A stretch of DNA of 64,000 nucleotides from Chthoniobacterales bacterium (GTDB lineage: Bacteria; Verrucomicrobiota; Verrucomicrobiia; Chthoniobacterales; Chthoniobacteraceae). The position numbers were made by a program, and so were the translations under genes. Shown one piece after another: positions 30,177-39,870 of the stretch. The notes beneath the pieces are model-generated. The model did no database searches. It worked only from the letters and a program-made list of their open reading frames with translations, and was not told where the DNA came from. The stretch spans positions 160,001 through 224,000 of the forward strand of contig JBBQZX010000003.1 of assembly GCA_038207335.1 (NCBI GenBank). The letters run 5' to 3'. The first letter of the stretch is position 1, and each line of letters opens with the position of its first letter.

Positions 30177-30995
30177 GTGGACCGGGCCAAATCCGAGTTC
30201 TTTGCATTGAAAACCTGCGTCCTCACCTTTGCGATTGGACTGCGTTTAGTGTCGGCAATGCCGGCAGCGCAAGTGGAAAGTTCTTTGACTGAATCAGAAA
30301 TTGAAAAGAGCGCCGATGCGCTGGCTTTCAAAGCGGCGTCCGACGAAGTGCGGGTGTTGCAAGCAAAGCTCGCGTCTTCGGAGACTTCGGTTGCCGGGCT
30401 TCAAAAGAGCCTGACGATCGCCAACAGCGAGTCTGAGGTCTTCCGGCGTCAAGCTGCGGAACTCAAGCTGCGACTTGAGACGCTCGGCATCGAAGCCGGG
30501 GCTCTGAATTCCGGGAAACTGGAGCAGCGCCTACTGCGAGCCGCGAATGACTTCAAGATCGTCGATGATGAACGCAAGTCGCTCAAGGAAGCGCTAATCC
30601 AGCTATCGGAAGCAGTCCTGACATTCCAAAAAAATGCAGTGACCACCGATGCCGATGCTCGCGTCGCACTTGAAGTCGAAATGCGAGGCACAGCCAGAGC
30701 GCTGGGAGTCGCGCCGCCGGCCGCAGTCATCGCCACGGCGGTGTCTCCGACACTGAGCGACGGTGCGGTCATAAGCATCAAAGACGACCTCGCACTCGTC
30801 GTTGCCAACTTTGGCACGGCGCAGGGAGTCAAAGTCGGGATGCCTTTCAAAGTGCAGCGCGAAGGCAACACGATCGGCACTGTCCAAGTCGTAGATGTGC
30901 GGGAGAAAATCTCCGGCGCAGTCATTCAAAATCTGAATTCAGAATCCGAGAGAATCAAAGTTGGCGACCGCCTCGTGGTGGATGCCAGGCAGTAA
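30177..30995 (+). CDS. Hypothetical exported coiled-coil protein with C-terminal beta-barrel (FlgT-C-like), inserted in the S10 operon
   Basis: 272 aa; N-terminal hydrophobic segment, long heptad-rich helix, then LVVANFGTAQGVKVGMPFKV.R....IGTVQVVDV...S.A.I......IKVGDRL. Confidence 0.75.
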   Translation: MDRAKSEFFALKTCVLTFAIGLRLVSAMPAAQVESSLTESEIEKSADALAFKAASDEVRVLQAKLASSETSVAGLQKSLTIANSESEVFRRQAAELKLRLETLGIEAGALNSGKLEQRLLRAANDFKIVDDERKSLKEALIQLSEAVLTFQKNAVTTDADARVALEVEMRGTARALGVAPPAAVIATAVSPTLSDGAVISIKDDLALVVANFGTAQGVKVGMPFKVQREGNTIGTVQVVDVREKISGAVIQNLNSESERIKVGDRLVVDARQ

Positions 30996-31028
30996 AATTT
31001 CAGTCCTCAGAAAACCGTTCGAAACATC

Positions 31029-31505
31029 ATGCAGATCAGATCCATTTACCGAGGCGCACGCATCTCGGCCTTCAAGGCCCGGGAAGTCACGCGCGAGATT
31101 CAGGGCTTGCCCGTCGCGGCAGCGCTGGATGTTGTCGCGTTCAGCCCTAAAAAGGCGGCAGTGATGATCGCCAAAACGCTCAAGAGCGCGATCGCCAACG
31201 CCGAGAACAACAACAATCTCCGCGCCGATCGCCTGGTCGTGCAAGAAGCCACGGTGGGTGAGGGCCCGACCTTCAAGCGCTCGCAGCCCAAAGCTCGCGG
31301 CAGCGCCGGTCCGATCCGCAAACGGACGAGCCACATTCGGATCATCCTGACCGACGAGATCGAAATCAAGACCCGCACGAAAAGCCCGGCAACCAAGAAG
31401 CGCGCGGCGAAGTCCTCCAAAGCCAAGCAGCCGAAGGCCGAAGTCCAACCGAAGGCTGCCGCGGCTGACGAAACCCCCGCCGCCGAGAGCGCCACTCAAG
31501 AATAA
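31029..31505 (+). CDS. rplV: 50S ribosomal protein L22 with C-terminal Lys/Ala tail
   Basis: ARISAFKAR, SAIANAENN, PKARGSAGPIRKRTSHI. Confidence 0.98.
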   Translation: MQIRSIYRGARISAFKAREVTREIQGLPVAAALDVVAFSPKKAAVMIAKTLKSAIANAENNNNLRADRLVVQEATVGEGPTFKRSQPKARGSAGPIRKRTSHIRIILTDEIEIKTRTKSPATKKRAAKSSKAKQPKAEVQPKAAAADETPAAESATQE

Positions 31506-31508
31506 TTT

Positions 31509-32183
31509 ATGGGACAGAAAGTTAATCCAATCGGCTACCGTCTCGCAGTCAATCGCGACTGGCGCTCACGCTGGTATGCCTCGCCCAAGGAGTTGCCGGA
31601 CTTCCTGCATTCCGATCTCAAGATTCGCGCCTACGTCAAAGACAAGCTTCGTCTGGCGGCTGTGGCGCGCATCATCATCGAGCGCGCGTGGAATAGCATC
31701 CGCGTGACGATTCACACGGCACGGCCCGGGATCGTCATTGGACGGAAAGGCACCGAGATCGAGAAGATGACCGAGGAGATCGGCAAGATGTCGGGCGGCA
31801 AGTCGGTGAAGATCGACATTCAAGAAATCAAGACGCCGGAACTCGACGCACAGCTCGTTGCAGAGAACGTCGCGCTTCAAATGGAGCGCCGCATTTCCTT
31901 CCGCCGGGCGATGAAGAAGGCGCTGCAAACCACGATGGATTTCGGTGCAGACGGTATCAAAGTCCGCTGCGCCGGGCGTCTCGGCGGCGCGGAAATCAGC
32001 CGCGCGGAATGGTATCGCGAAGGCAAAATTCCGCTCCACACACTCCGCACTCCGATCGACTACGGCTTCGCCGAAGCTCGGACGACCTACGGCGTGATCG
32101 GCGTGAAATGCTGGATTTGCAAGAAGCCGGAACTCATCGAAGCCGAGAAACAGGAGAAGCCTGCGACCCCCGCGGCGGCCTAG
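31509..32183 (+). CDS. rpsC: 30S ribosomal protein S3
   Basis: [39 protein letters not shown]. Confidence 0.99.
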   Translation: MGQKVNPIGYRLAVNRDWRSRWYASPKELPDFLHSDLKIRAYVKDKLRLAAVARIIIERAWNSIRVTIHTARPGIVIGRKGTEIEKMTEEIGKMSGGKSVKIDIQEIKTPELDAQLVAENVALQMERRISFRRAMKKALQTTMDFGADGIKVRCAGRLGGAEISRAEWYREGKIPLHTLRTPIDYGFAEARTTYGVIGVKCWICKKPELIEAEKQEKPATPAAA

Positions 32184-32219
32184 TTCGGAACCTCGGAAAC
32201 ACTTTAAAAGGAATCTCTT

Positions 32220-32642
32220 ATGCCTTTGATGCCCAAACGTGTGAAGTATCGCAAGACCCAGCGGGGAAGCCGCTCGGGGACCGCGACGCGGAACATCAAC
32301 ATCGATTTCGGCGCTTTCGCGCTGCAAACCCTTGAGCGCGCCTGGCTCACCAACACCCAGATCGAAGCCGCTCGTGTCGCGCTCACCCGCAACATGAAAC
32401 GAAAAGGAAAGCTCTGGATTCGTATCTTCCCGGACAAGTCGGTGACGGCTCGCCCGCCAGAGACTCGAATGGGTAAAGGCAAAGGCGCGCCCGAGTATTG
32501 GGTTGCGACCGTGCGCCCCGGTAACATCCTTTTCGAGCTCGACGGCATTCCTGAGTCCGTCGCCCGCGAGTCGCTCCGGCTCGCTGCTGACAAGCTCCCC
32601 GTCCGCACCAAATTTCTCACCCGGCACCGCGCCGCTGCTTAA
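32220..32642 (+). CDS. rplP: 50S ribosomal protein L16
   Basis: [21 protein letters not shown]. Confidence 0.99.
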   Translation: MPLMPKRVKYRKTQRGSRSGTATRNINIDFGAFALQTLERAWLTNTQIEAARVALTRNMKRKGKLWIRIFPDKSVTARPPETRMGKGKGAPEYWVATVRPGNILFELDGIPESVARESLRLAADKLPVRTKFLTRHRAAA

Positions 32643-32645
32643 GCC

Positions 32646-32855
32646 ATGACGATCAAAGAAATCCGTGATCTCAGCGTCGATGAACTCGGCTCGCGCAAAC
32701 GCGAGCTGCGCGATGAGATTTTCCATCTCCGAATCCAGCAGCAAAGCGGACAGCTCGAAAAGCCGAGCCAGCTCCGCAAGCTCGGCCGCGAAGTCGCGAG
32801 GCTCGAGACTGTCTTGACTCAGAAATCCCAACCGGCAGCAGTCGCTGCCAAGTAA
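32646..32855 (+). CDS. rpmC: 50S ribosomal protein L29
   Basis: Position; EIFHLRIQ, GQLEKPS, REVARLET. Confidence 0.96.
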   Translation: MTIKEIRDLSVDELGSRKRELRDEIFHLRIQQQSGQLEKPSQLRKLGREVARLETVLTQKSQPAAVAAK

Positions 32856-32858
32856 TCC

Positions 32859-33140
32859 ATGAGCGAAGAATCCAATACAATCACTGCGGACGAATCGCGC
32901 GGTTTGCGCAAAGAGCGCGTCGGTCAAGTCGTCTCGAACAAGATGGCCAAGACGCTGGTGGTCGAGACCGTCACTCGAGTTCCGCACGCCAAGTTCGGCA
33001 AGATCATCAAACAGGTGAAACGCTTCTACGCACATGACGAAGAAGGCACCGCACAGATGGGCGACACCGTCCGCATCATGGAGACGCGCCCGCTCAGCAA
33101 ATTAAAGCGGTGGCGTTTGGTTGAAGTTCTCAAACACTAG
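32859..33140 (+). CDS. rpsQ: 30S ribosomal protein S17
   Basis: [26 protein letters not shown]. Confidence 0.98.
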   Translation: MSEESNTITADESRGLRKERVGQVVSNKMAKTLVVETVTRVPHAKFGKIIKQVKRFYAHDEEGTAQMGDTVRIMETRPLSKLKRWRLVEVLKH

Positions 33141-33163
33141 CGTATCCTCCGCGCCCCAATTTT

Positions 33164-33532
33164 ATGCTCCAGATTCGTTCCAGACTCGATGTCGCTGACA
33201 ATACCGGCGCCCGCATGGCCAAAATGATCGGCGTCATCGGCAAGAAGAATTCACCCGAAGCCTACGTCGGCGATGTGATCACGGCGCACGTCCGCGAGGC
33301 TTCCGCTGGCGGAACGGTCAAGAAAGGCGACGTCGTTCGCGCCGTGATCGTCCGCACCAGGCAGCCGATTCGCCGCGATGACGGCAGCTACCTTCGCTTC
33401 GACAACAACGCGATCGTCATCATCGACAAAGACCTCAACCCGCGCGGCACTCGCATCTTCGGCCCCGTGGCCCGTGAACTTCGCGAAAAGAACTTCATGA
33501 AGATCGTCTCACTCGCGCCGGAGGTCCTCTAA
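33164..33532 (+). CDS. rplN: 50S ribosomal protein L14
   Basis: [33 protein letters not shown]. Confidence 0.99.
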   Translation: MLQIRSRLDVADNTGARMAKMIGVIGKKNSPEAYVGDVITAHVREASAGGTVKKGDVVRAVIVRTRQPIRRDDGSYLRFDNNAIVIIDKDLNPRGTRIFGPVARELREKNFMKIVSLAPEVL

Positions 33533-33535
33533 TCC

Positions 33536-33790
33536 ATGAACCGTCCCAGTTTCCACGTCAAAAAAGGCGACCAAGTCGAAGTCATCACCGGGAACCATCG
33601 CGGCGCTTCAGGTAAGGTGCTTCAAGTTCTGCCGAAGAAGTCGCAAGTCCTCGTCGAGGGTGTCCGCATGATCAAGAAGCACATGCGCAAATCGCAGGAC
33701 AATCCACAGGGTTCAATCGCGGAGCGCGAAGGCCCGATTCACATTTCAAACGTCAAGCTCATCGAGAAGGCTGACAAAGCAAAAAAGTAA
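33536..33790 (+). CDS. rplX: 50S ribosomal protein L24 (short form)
   Basis: VKKGDQVEVITG KOW motif, EGPIHISNV. Confidence 0.97.
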   Translation: MNRPSFHVKKGDQVEVITGNHRGASGKVLQVLPKKSQVLVEGVRMIKKHMRKSQDNPQGSIAEREGPIHISNVKLIEKADKAKK

Positions 33791-33802
33791 CACGCGAGAG
33801 CC

Positions 33803-34378
33803 ATGGCTGTTGAACTTCACACATTTTACAAAGAGACCGTCATTCCGACGCTCAAAGAGAAGCACGGATACAAGAACGCGCATCAGGTGCCTCATGTCCA
33901 AAAGGTCGTCGTGAATACCTGCGTCGGCTCGAGCCAGGACGGCAAGCAGGCGCTCGAAGACGCGAAGGCTGAGCTGAGCTTGGTCACGGGCCAGAAGCCC
34001 GCCGAGACGCGCTCGAAAAAGAGCATCGCGAACTTCAAGCTCCGTCAGGATCAACCCATCGGCGCAAAGGTAACTCTTCGCGGCGCTCGGATGTATGAGT
34101 TCCTCGAGCGTCTGATCAAGACGGCGCTTCCCCGCATTCGCGACTTTCGCGGTGTCTCGACTCGTGCGTTTGACGGCAATGGGAACTACACACTTGGCGT
34201 GCCCGACCAGTCCATTTTTCCCGAAGTCGAACTCGACAAAATCAAGCGCAACATCGGTTTTGACGTGACGATCGTCACCTCCACTCGCGACGACGCCGAG
34301 GCCAAGTCGCTCCTCACCGAACTCGGCATGCCTTTCTCCGACAAAGCAAAGCGGCCGCAACAACCGAAGGCGGCGTAA
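33803..34378 (+). CDS. rplE: 50S ribosomal protein L5
   Basis: TGQKP, KKSIANFKLR, LPRIRDFRG, FDGNGNY. Confidence 0.99.
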   Translation: MAVELHTFYKETVIPTLKEKHGYKNAHQVPHVQKVVVNTCVGSSQDGKQALEDAKAELSLVTGQKPAETRSKKSIANFKLRQDQPIGAKVTLRGARMYEFLERLIKTALPRIRDFRGVSTRAFDGNGNYTLGVPDQSIFPEVELDKIKRNIGFDVTIVTSTRDDAEAKSLLTELGMPFSDKAKRPQQPKAA

Positions 34379-34387
34379 TTTCCTGAC

Positions 34388-34786
34388 ATGAGCAATCTTT
34401 CCGATCCCATCGCCGACTTCCTGACACGGATTCGCAATGCCAACACCGCGCAGAAGGCAGAGCTTCTCGTGCCTTACTCCAAGATCAAAGCGGAGATCGC
34501 GCGCATCCTGAAGCAGGAGGGTTACATCACGGACTACGAAGTCGAGACGACTGGCAAGTTCCCGCAGATCAAAGTGACCAACAAGCTGCAGAACCGCACG
34601 TCGGCGATCACTGGCTTGAAGCGCATTAGCAAGCCCGGTTTGCGCAAGTATGTCGGTGCCGGTAAAATCCCGCTCGTACTTCGCGGTATGGGCATTTCGA
34701 TCCTTTCCACGCCGCGCGGCCTCGTGACCGGTCGTGAAGCCAAGAAGCAGAATGTCGGCGGCGAACTGCTCGCCTACGTTTGGTAA
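34388..34786 (+). CDS. rpsH: 30S ribosomal protein S8
   Basis: DPIADFLTRIRNA, RISKPGLRKY, GGELLAYVW. Confidence 0.99.
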   Translation: MSNLSDPIADFLTRIRNANTAQKAELLVPYSKIKAEIARILKQEGYITDYEVETTGKFPQIKVTNKLQNRTSAITGLKRISKPGLRKYVGAGKIPLVLRGMGISILSTPRGLVTGREAKKQNVGGELLAYVW

Positions 34787-34804
34787 CAACTCAGGAGCAC
34801 CGCT

Positions 34805-35344
34805 ATGTCTCGTATTGGTAAAAAAATCATCGACCTTCCTGAGAAGGTGAAACTCGACTTCGGCAACGAAGGCGCTGTCAGCGTCGAGGGGCCGAAAGGC
34901 AAGCTAGCGTGGCAGTTGCCGCGTCAGATCAAAGGCAGTGTGGATGGGAGCAAGGTGCAGATCGAACGCAGCAGTGAAGATCGCAAGGTGCGTGCGCTGC
35001 ACGGACTTTCCCGGGCGCTCATCAATAACATGGTCATCGGCGTCAGCGCTGGCTTCACGAAGGACCTCGAGATTCAAGGCGTCGGATTCAAGGCAGCCGT
35101 CCAAGGCAAGATTTTGAAGCTGAACCTAGGCTTTTCACACGACATCCTGTTTCCCATTCCCGAGGGATTGAAGATCACCGTCGCCGACAACACGAAGGTG
35201 AAGATCGAAGGGATCGACAAGCATCTCGTCGGGCAAGCAGCCGCCGACATCCGCGGCTACTACCCGCCGGAGCCCTACAAGGGCAAAGGAGTTCGCTATG
35301 CCGGCGAACAGATCGTTCGCAAGGAAGGCAAAACCGTCCAGTAA
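34805..35344 (+). CDS. rplF: 50S ribosomal protein L6
   Basis: MSRIGK, VEGPKG, PEPYKGKGVRY. Confidence 0.99.
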   Translation: MSRIGKKIIDLPEKVKLDFGNEGAVSVEGPKGKLAWQLPRQIKGSVDGSKVQIERSSEDRKVRALHGLSRALINNMVIGVSAGFTKDLEIQGVGFKAAVQGKILKLNLGFSHDILFPIPEGLKITVADNTKVKIEGIDKHLVGQAAADIRGYYPPEPYKGKGVRYAGEQIVRKEGKTVQ

Positions 35345-35347
35345 CCT

Positions 35348-35704
35348 ATGCCTCGTCCAAATTCTCTCACGCTCCGCCACACGCGCCTTCGGAAGAAAGT
35401 GTCAGGCACGCCTCAGCGTCCCCGCCTGGCGGTTCATTTTTCTGGCCAGCACATCTACGCGCAGGTCATCGACGACGAAGCGGGCAAGACCATTGCAGCC
35501 GTCAATACCACGGAAGCCGACTTTCGCGGCGACAAGACCAGTCGCCCGAACGTGGTGACCGCTGTCAAAGTGGGTAAGCTCGTGGCCGAGCGCGCAATCA
35601 CGAAGAACGTCCAGGCGGTCGTCTTCGACCGCGGCGGTTTCATTTATCACGGGAAAGTCAAAGCTCTCGCCGACGCTGCGCGCGAAGCCGGCTTGCAATT
35701 TTAA
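35348..35704 (+). CDS. rplR: 50S ribosomal protein L18
   Basis: [36 protein letters not shown]. Confidence 0.99.
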   Translation: MPRPNSLTLRHTRLRKKVSGTPQRPRLAVHFSGQHIYAQVIDDEAGKTIAAVNTTEADFRGDKTSRPNVVTAVKVGKLVAERAITKNVQAVVFDRGGFIYHGKVKALADAAREAGLQF

Positions 35705-35715
35705 TTCGACTCAAT

Positions 35716-36270
35716 ATGGCAGAACCTCAACGCAACCGCGGACGGCGCCCCGAGCGCAAACAGGCGGAGAAAGACCCTTCGGATCTCACGGAGAAAGTAG
35801 TTTTCATCAACCGATGCGCTAAAGTCGTCAAAGGCGGACGGCGCTTTAGCTTCAGCGCGTTGATCGTGGCCGGAGACAAACTGGGTCGCGTCGGTTGCGG
35901 CTTTGGCAAGGCGAATGAAGTCTCAGAAGCGATTCGAAAGGCTTCGGAGTCTGCCAAGAAGTCACTTGTCAAAATATCAATCCTGAACAGCACCATCCCG
36001 CACGAAGTCATCGGCGAGCATGGTGGTGGCCGCGTGCTTTTGAAACCCGCATCGCCGGGAACCGGCGTCATCGCCGGCGGGGGCGTGCGTGCGGTCGTGG
36101 AAGCGGTCGGCATCCGCGACGTGCTCGCGAAGTCGCTGGGTTCCAACAACCACGCGAATGTGGTGAAGGCCACGATCGAAGCTCTTACTCAACTGCGACT
36201 GAAGGAGCAGATTTTCAAGACTCGGGGCATCGCGTATCACAAGCCACAGGCCGCTGTCGCCGCAAACTAA
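35716..36270 (+). CDS. rpsE: 30S ribosomal protein S5
   Basis: [23 protein letters not shown]. Confidence 0.99.
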   Translation: MAEPQRNRGRRPERKQAEKDPSDLTEKVVFINRCAKVVKGGRRFSFSALIVAGDKLGRVGCGFGKANEVSEAIRKASESAKKSLVKISILNSTIPHEVIGEHGGGRVLLKPASPGTGVIAGGGVRAVVEAVGIRDVLAKSLGSNNHANVVKATIEALTQLRLKEQIFKTRGIAYHKPQAAVAAN

Positions 36271-36276
36271 GACTCT

Positions 36277-36720
36277 ATGAATCTCTCGAATCTCAAACCA
36301 CGTCCCGGAGCGAAGCATCGCCCGAAACGCCTCGGCTGCGGCGAGAGCAGCGGTCACGGCAAGACCAGCGGCAAAGGGCACAAAGGTCAGAAAGCGCGTT
36401 CCGGCGGGAGCATTCGTCTCGGTTTTGAAGGCGGTCAGATGCCGCTGATCCGGCGTGTGCCGAAGCGCGGCTTCAACAACGCGCAGTTCAAGACGCGGTA
36501 TGCGATCATCAATCTCGGTGACTTGGAGCAATTCGAAGCAGGCGCGCAAATCGATGAATCACTTTTGCGCGAGACTGGGTTGATTCGCGGAATCGTCGAT
36601 GGCTTGAAAGTTCTCGGGAACGGGGAATTGACGAAGGCACTTTCCATCACCGCGGAAAAGGTCAGTGCTTCTGCCAAGGAAAAAATCGAGAAGGCGGGCG
36701 GATCGGTAACTTTGAAATAA
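36277..36720 (+). CDS. rplO: 50S ribosomal protein L15
   Basis: GHKGQKARSG, FEGGQMPLIRR, KIEKAGG. Confidence 0.99.
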   Translation: MNLSNLKPRPGAKHRPKRLGCGESSGHGKTSGKGHKGQKARSGGSIRLGFEGGQMPLIRRVPKRGFNNAQFKTRYAIINLGDLEQFEAGAQIDESLLRETGLIRGIVDGLKVLGNGELTKALSITAEKVSASAKEKIEKAGGSVTLK

Positions 36721-36792
36721 CTTTCCGCCATTTCGAGAAGGGCCGCGCGCTTTTCTCGATTGGCGATTGCCGGACTCGTGCCGGGCTGCTCA

Positions 36793-38298
36793 ATGATCTC
36801 GGCTTTTACCAACACATTCAAGATTCCCGAATTGCGGAACCGGGTGCTTTTCACCTTGGTTCTGCTGGTGGTCGTGCGCGTCGGAGCGGCGATTACGTGT
36901 CCCGGGGTCAATGCCTCGGTGCTGCAGCATTGGTTCCAGTCGCAGGTCAATAGCCAGTCGGGCGGCAGTGTTGCCGCGTTGTTCAACATTTTCAGCGGCG
37001 GCGCTCTCGAGAATTGCGCGGTCTTCTCGCTCGGGGTGATGCCCTACATCAGTGCATCGATCATGATGCAGCTTCTGACGGCGGTCATCCCGCAACTCGG
37101 CAAGCTGGCAAAGGAGGACGGCGGGCGGCAGAAGATCATGCAATACACGCGGTATGCCACGATCGCGCTGTGCATCTTTCAGGGCTACCTGCTCTCACTT
37201 TCGTTTCAGAAGCCGCAGTCGAATCCGTTCCTGCCCGGCATCATCGACACCATCAACAAGATGGGCGTCGATCTCGTGGCCGACCAAGGCTGGTCGTTTC
37301 GGATCATGACGGTGATCACGCTCACCGCCGGTACGATGTTGCTGATGTGGCTGGGCGATCAAATCACCGATCGGGGCATCGGCAACGGCATGTCGATGAT
37401 CATCACGGTCGGCATCGTCGCGCGGCTTCCGGCTGCGTTGATCCAAGCGTGGCATACCTTTGTTCCTTCAGATTCTCAGAACTCCAGCCAGGTGAACCCG
37501 ATGGTGCTGGTGCTCATGATCGCGTTCCTTGTCCTAGTCATCGCGGCGGTCATCTGTGTGACACAGGCTCAACGAAGGATCAGCGTGCAATATGCGAAGC
37601 GTGTGGTCGGGCGGAAAGTCTATGGCGGACAGACGCAATATATGCCGTTGAAAGTGAACTACGCGGGGGTGATGCCGATCATCTTTGCGCAAGCGCTTCT
37701 TGTGTTCCCTTCGACGATCGCCAACATGCTTTTCCGCGATTCCGCGACGGCGCAGAAAGTGGCGGCGGCGCTGACCAACGGGCCGATCCATTACGCCTTG
37801 TATGGCGTGATGATCTTCTTCTTCAGCTACTTTTGGGTTGCGACGCAGTTTCAGCCACAGCAGATCGCGGAAGACCTCAAGAAGTACGGCGGTTACATTC
37901 CCGGAGTTCGGCCAGGCAAGCCGACCGCGGACTTCCTCGATTTCACCATGACGCGCTTGACATTCGCCGGCGCGATCTTCCTAACCTTCATCGCGATCAT
38001 GCCGCAAATGCTTTCGCACCAATTGAACGTGCCATACATCACGGCGCAGTTCTTTGGCGGCACGAGTCTGCTGATCGTTGTCGGTGTCGTCTTGGACACC
38101 ATGCGGCAGGTCGAGACTCATCTGATCCAGCGGCATTATGATGGCTTTTTGCGGAAGGGCCGGATTCGCGGACGCTTTGACCGGACACCTGCCGGACGCG
38201 GTGAAGCGGTGAAGCAAAGCGCGCTCGTCTGGCTTTACGTGGGCATCGCGATCTTGATCGTCGCTGGCATGACTATCTTTATCGCGGGACGTTTTTGA
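36793..38298 (+). CDS. secY: Preprotein translocase subunit SecY with extra C-terminal hydrophobic helix
   Basis: SLGVMPYISASI, WLGDQITDRGIGNG, PLKVNYAGVMP, IPGVRPG, GGTSLLIVV; ATG 36793. Confidence 0.98.
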   Translation: MISAFTNTFKIPELRNRVLFTLVLLVVVRVGAAITCPGVNASVLQHWFQSQVNSQSGGSVAALFNIFSGGALENCAVFSLGVMPYISASIMMQLLTAVIPQLGKLAKEDGGRQKIMQYTRYATIALCIFQGYLLSLSFQKPQSNPFLPGIIDTINKMGVDLVADQGWSFRIMTVITLTAGTMLLMWLGDQITDRGIGNGMSMIITVGIVARLPAALIQAWHTFVPSDSQNSSQVNPMVLVLMIAFLVLVIAAVICVTQAQRRISVQYAKRVVGRKVYGGQTQYMPLKVNYAGVMPIIFAQALLVFPSTIANMLFRDSATAQKVAAALTNGPIHYALYGVMIFFFSYFWVATQFQPQQIAEDLKKYGGYIPGVRPGKPTADFLDFTMTRLTFAGAIFLTFIAIMPQMLSHQLNVPYITAQFFGGTSLLIVVGVVLDTMRQVETHLIQRHYDGFLRKGRIRGRFDRTPAGRGEAVKQSALVWLYVGIAILIVAGMTIFIAGRF

Positions 38299-38349
38299 GG
38301 TGAGAAAGTCCGAGTCGTTTGTGAATGAAAAGGAAGGAGTGCGAGCGTA

Positions 38350-39114
38350 ATGATTCCGATCAAGAGTGATCGTGAGATCGGGAAAATGCGCGAATCCTGC
38401 AAGACGGCGAGCGTCGTGCTGGACCGCGTGAGCAGCCTCATTCGGCCGGGCATTTCAACGGGCGATGTCGATCAGGCTGCTGCTGACTACATGTCGGAAG
38501 AGAAGTGCAAGAGCGCTTTTCTGGGCTATCGCGGATTTCCGGGAAATGTGTGTATTTCGATCAACGAAGAAGTCGTGCATGGGATCGGCGGGAACCGTAA
38601 AATTCAATACGGCGATATCGTGAAACTGGACGTCGGGATCGTGAAAGACGGCTGGGTCGGGGACACGGCGACCACCGTTCCAGTCGGAGCGATCGATGCG
38701 AAAGTCCAGCGTTTGCTGCAAGTCACGGAGTCCACGCTCGACCTAGCGATTACGTTTGCGCAACATGGGCGTCGGCTTGGCGATTTATGCGCGGCGATTG
38801 AGGATGAGATCACCGCGAATGGATACACGGTAGTTCGGGAATTTGTGGGCCATGGAGTCGGGCGCAAGCTCCACGAGGAGCCGCAGGTTCCGAATTATGG
38901 GCGCCGTGGCAGCGGGCCGAAGCTCAAGGCCGGCATGACCATCGCGATCGAGCCCATGGTCAACATGGGCGGCAGCGCAGTACAGATTTTGGATGACAAG
39001 TGGACAGTCGTAACGATGGACAGCAAACCGTCCGCGCATTTTGAGCACACGGTTTTGATCACCAAGGGCGAGCCGGAGATTCTCACATGGCGCAAGAAAA
39101 CGGCGCTCAAATGA
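38350..39114 (+). CDS. map: Methionine aminopeptidase type I
   Basis: CISINEEVVHG, GDIVKLD, GHGVG, IAIEPM, SAHFEHT. Confidence 0.98.
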   Translation: MIPIKSDREIGKMRESCKTASVVLDRVSSLIRPGISTGDVDQAAADYMSEEKCKSAFLGYRGFPGNVCISINEEVVHGIGGNRKIQYGDIVKLDVGIVKDGWVGDTATTVPVGAIDAKVQRLLQVTESTLDLAITFAQHGRRLGDLCAAIEDEITANGYTVVREFVGHGVGRKLHEEPQVPNYGRRGSGPKLKAGMTIAIEPMVNMGGSAVQILDDKWTVVTMDSKPSAHFEHTVLITKGEPEILTWRKKTALK

Positions 39115-39183
39115 GGTTTGCGTCCGTCATTTTCAGCGCTCTTTCCCGCGTGCCGAGCGATTTTATTTTTCTGAAGTCATGCC

Positions 39184-39211
39184 TTGCCAAGCCGAAAAAC
39201 TCTGCTAAAAA
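39184..39211 (+). promoter_or_regulatory. Sigma70-like promoter upstream of rpmJ-rpsM
   Basis: TTGCCA-N16-TAAAAC with extended TG. Confidence 0.45.
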
Positions 39212-39338
39212 CTTTACCCCCGCTGCCTCCAGAGGCCGGGCCAATTTCCGTCAATCGCCATTCCAGACTTGATCGCACTGGGAAGTCACCACTTTCCAGC
39301 GCGATTTTTTGTCCCCAAAAATCCAACCATTTCCATCT

Positions 39339-39452
39339 ATGAAAGTGAGAGCATCCGTCAAAAGGCTTTGCGAAGCGTGCCGCATCGTGAAGCGAAAAAA
39401 TGTCGTGCGCGTGATCTGCAAAAACGCCCGTCACAAACAGCGGCAAGGTTAA
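39339..39452 (+). CDS. rpmJ: 50S ribosomal protein L36 (Zn-binding C+ form); absent from the ORF track
   Basis: Manual translation [37 protein letters not shown]. Confidence 0.98.
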   Translation: MKVRASVKRLCEACRIVKRKNVVRVICKNARHKQRQG

Positions 39453-39468
39453 TTTTAAATTCACGCAT

Positions 39469-39858
39469 ATGCCCCGACTACTTGGAGTTGAAATCCCCGG
39501 CGACAAACGCATCGATGCGTCTTTGCCATACATTTACGGAATCGGTCCCAGCACAGCGAAAAAGATCCTCGAACAGGCGAATGTTCAGCCGAGCATTCGC
39601 GCGAAGGACCTGACGCCAGAGCAACTGAACCACATCATCCAGGCGATCACGGCGAGCAAGCTGGCGATCGAGGGCGATCTGCGTCGGGAGATTCAGTCGA
39701 ATCTCAAGCGACTCCAGGCGATCAACTGCTACCGCGGAATCCGGCATCGCCGCGGATTGCCGGTGCGCGGACAGCGCACGTCCACAAATGCGCGCACGCG
39801 CAAAGGACCGCGCAAGACGGTGGGCGTCCAGCGCGCCAAAGACGCGAAAGCCAAGTAA
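39469..39858 (+). CDS. rpsM: 30S ribosomal protein S13
   Basis: [23 protein letters not shown]. Confidence 0.99.
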   Translation: MPRLLGVEIPGDKRIDASLPYIYGIGPSTAKKILEQANVQPSIRAKDLTPEQLNHIIQAITASKLAIEGDLRREIQSNLKRLQAINCYRGIRHRRGLPVRGQRTSTNARTRKGPRKTVGVQRAKDAKAK

Positions 39859-39870
39859 CCAAACTCTCGT

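Noticed and set aside
31566..33035. Long minus-strand ORFs over the ribosomal genes
   Set aside because: Antisense shadows of conserved genes
39115..39338. Possible infA between map and rpmJ
   Set aside because: No IF-1-like frame seen; the region looks like promoter and leader
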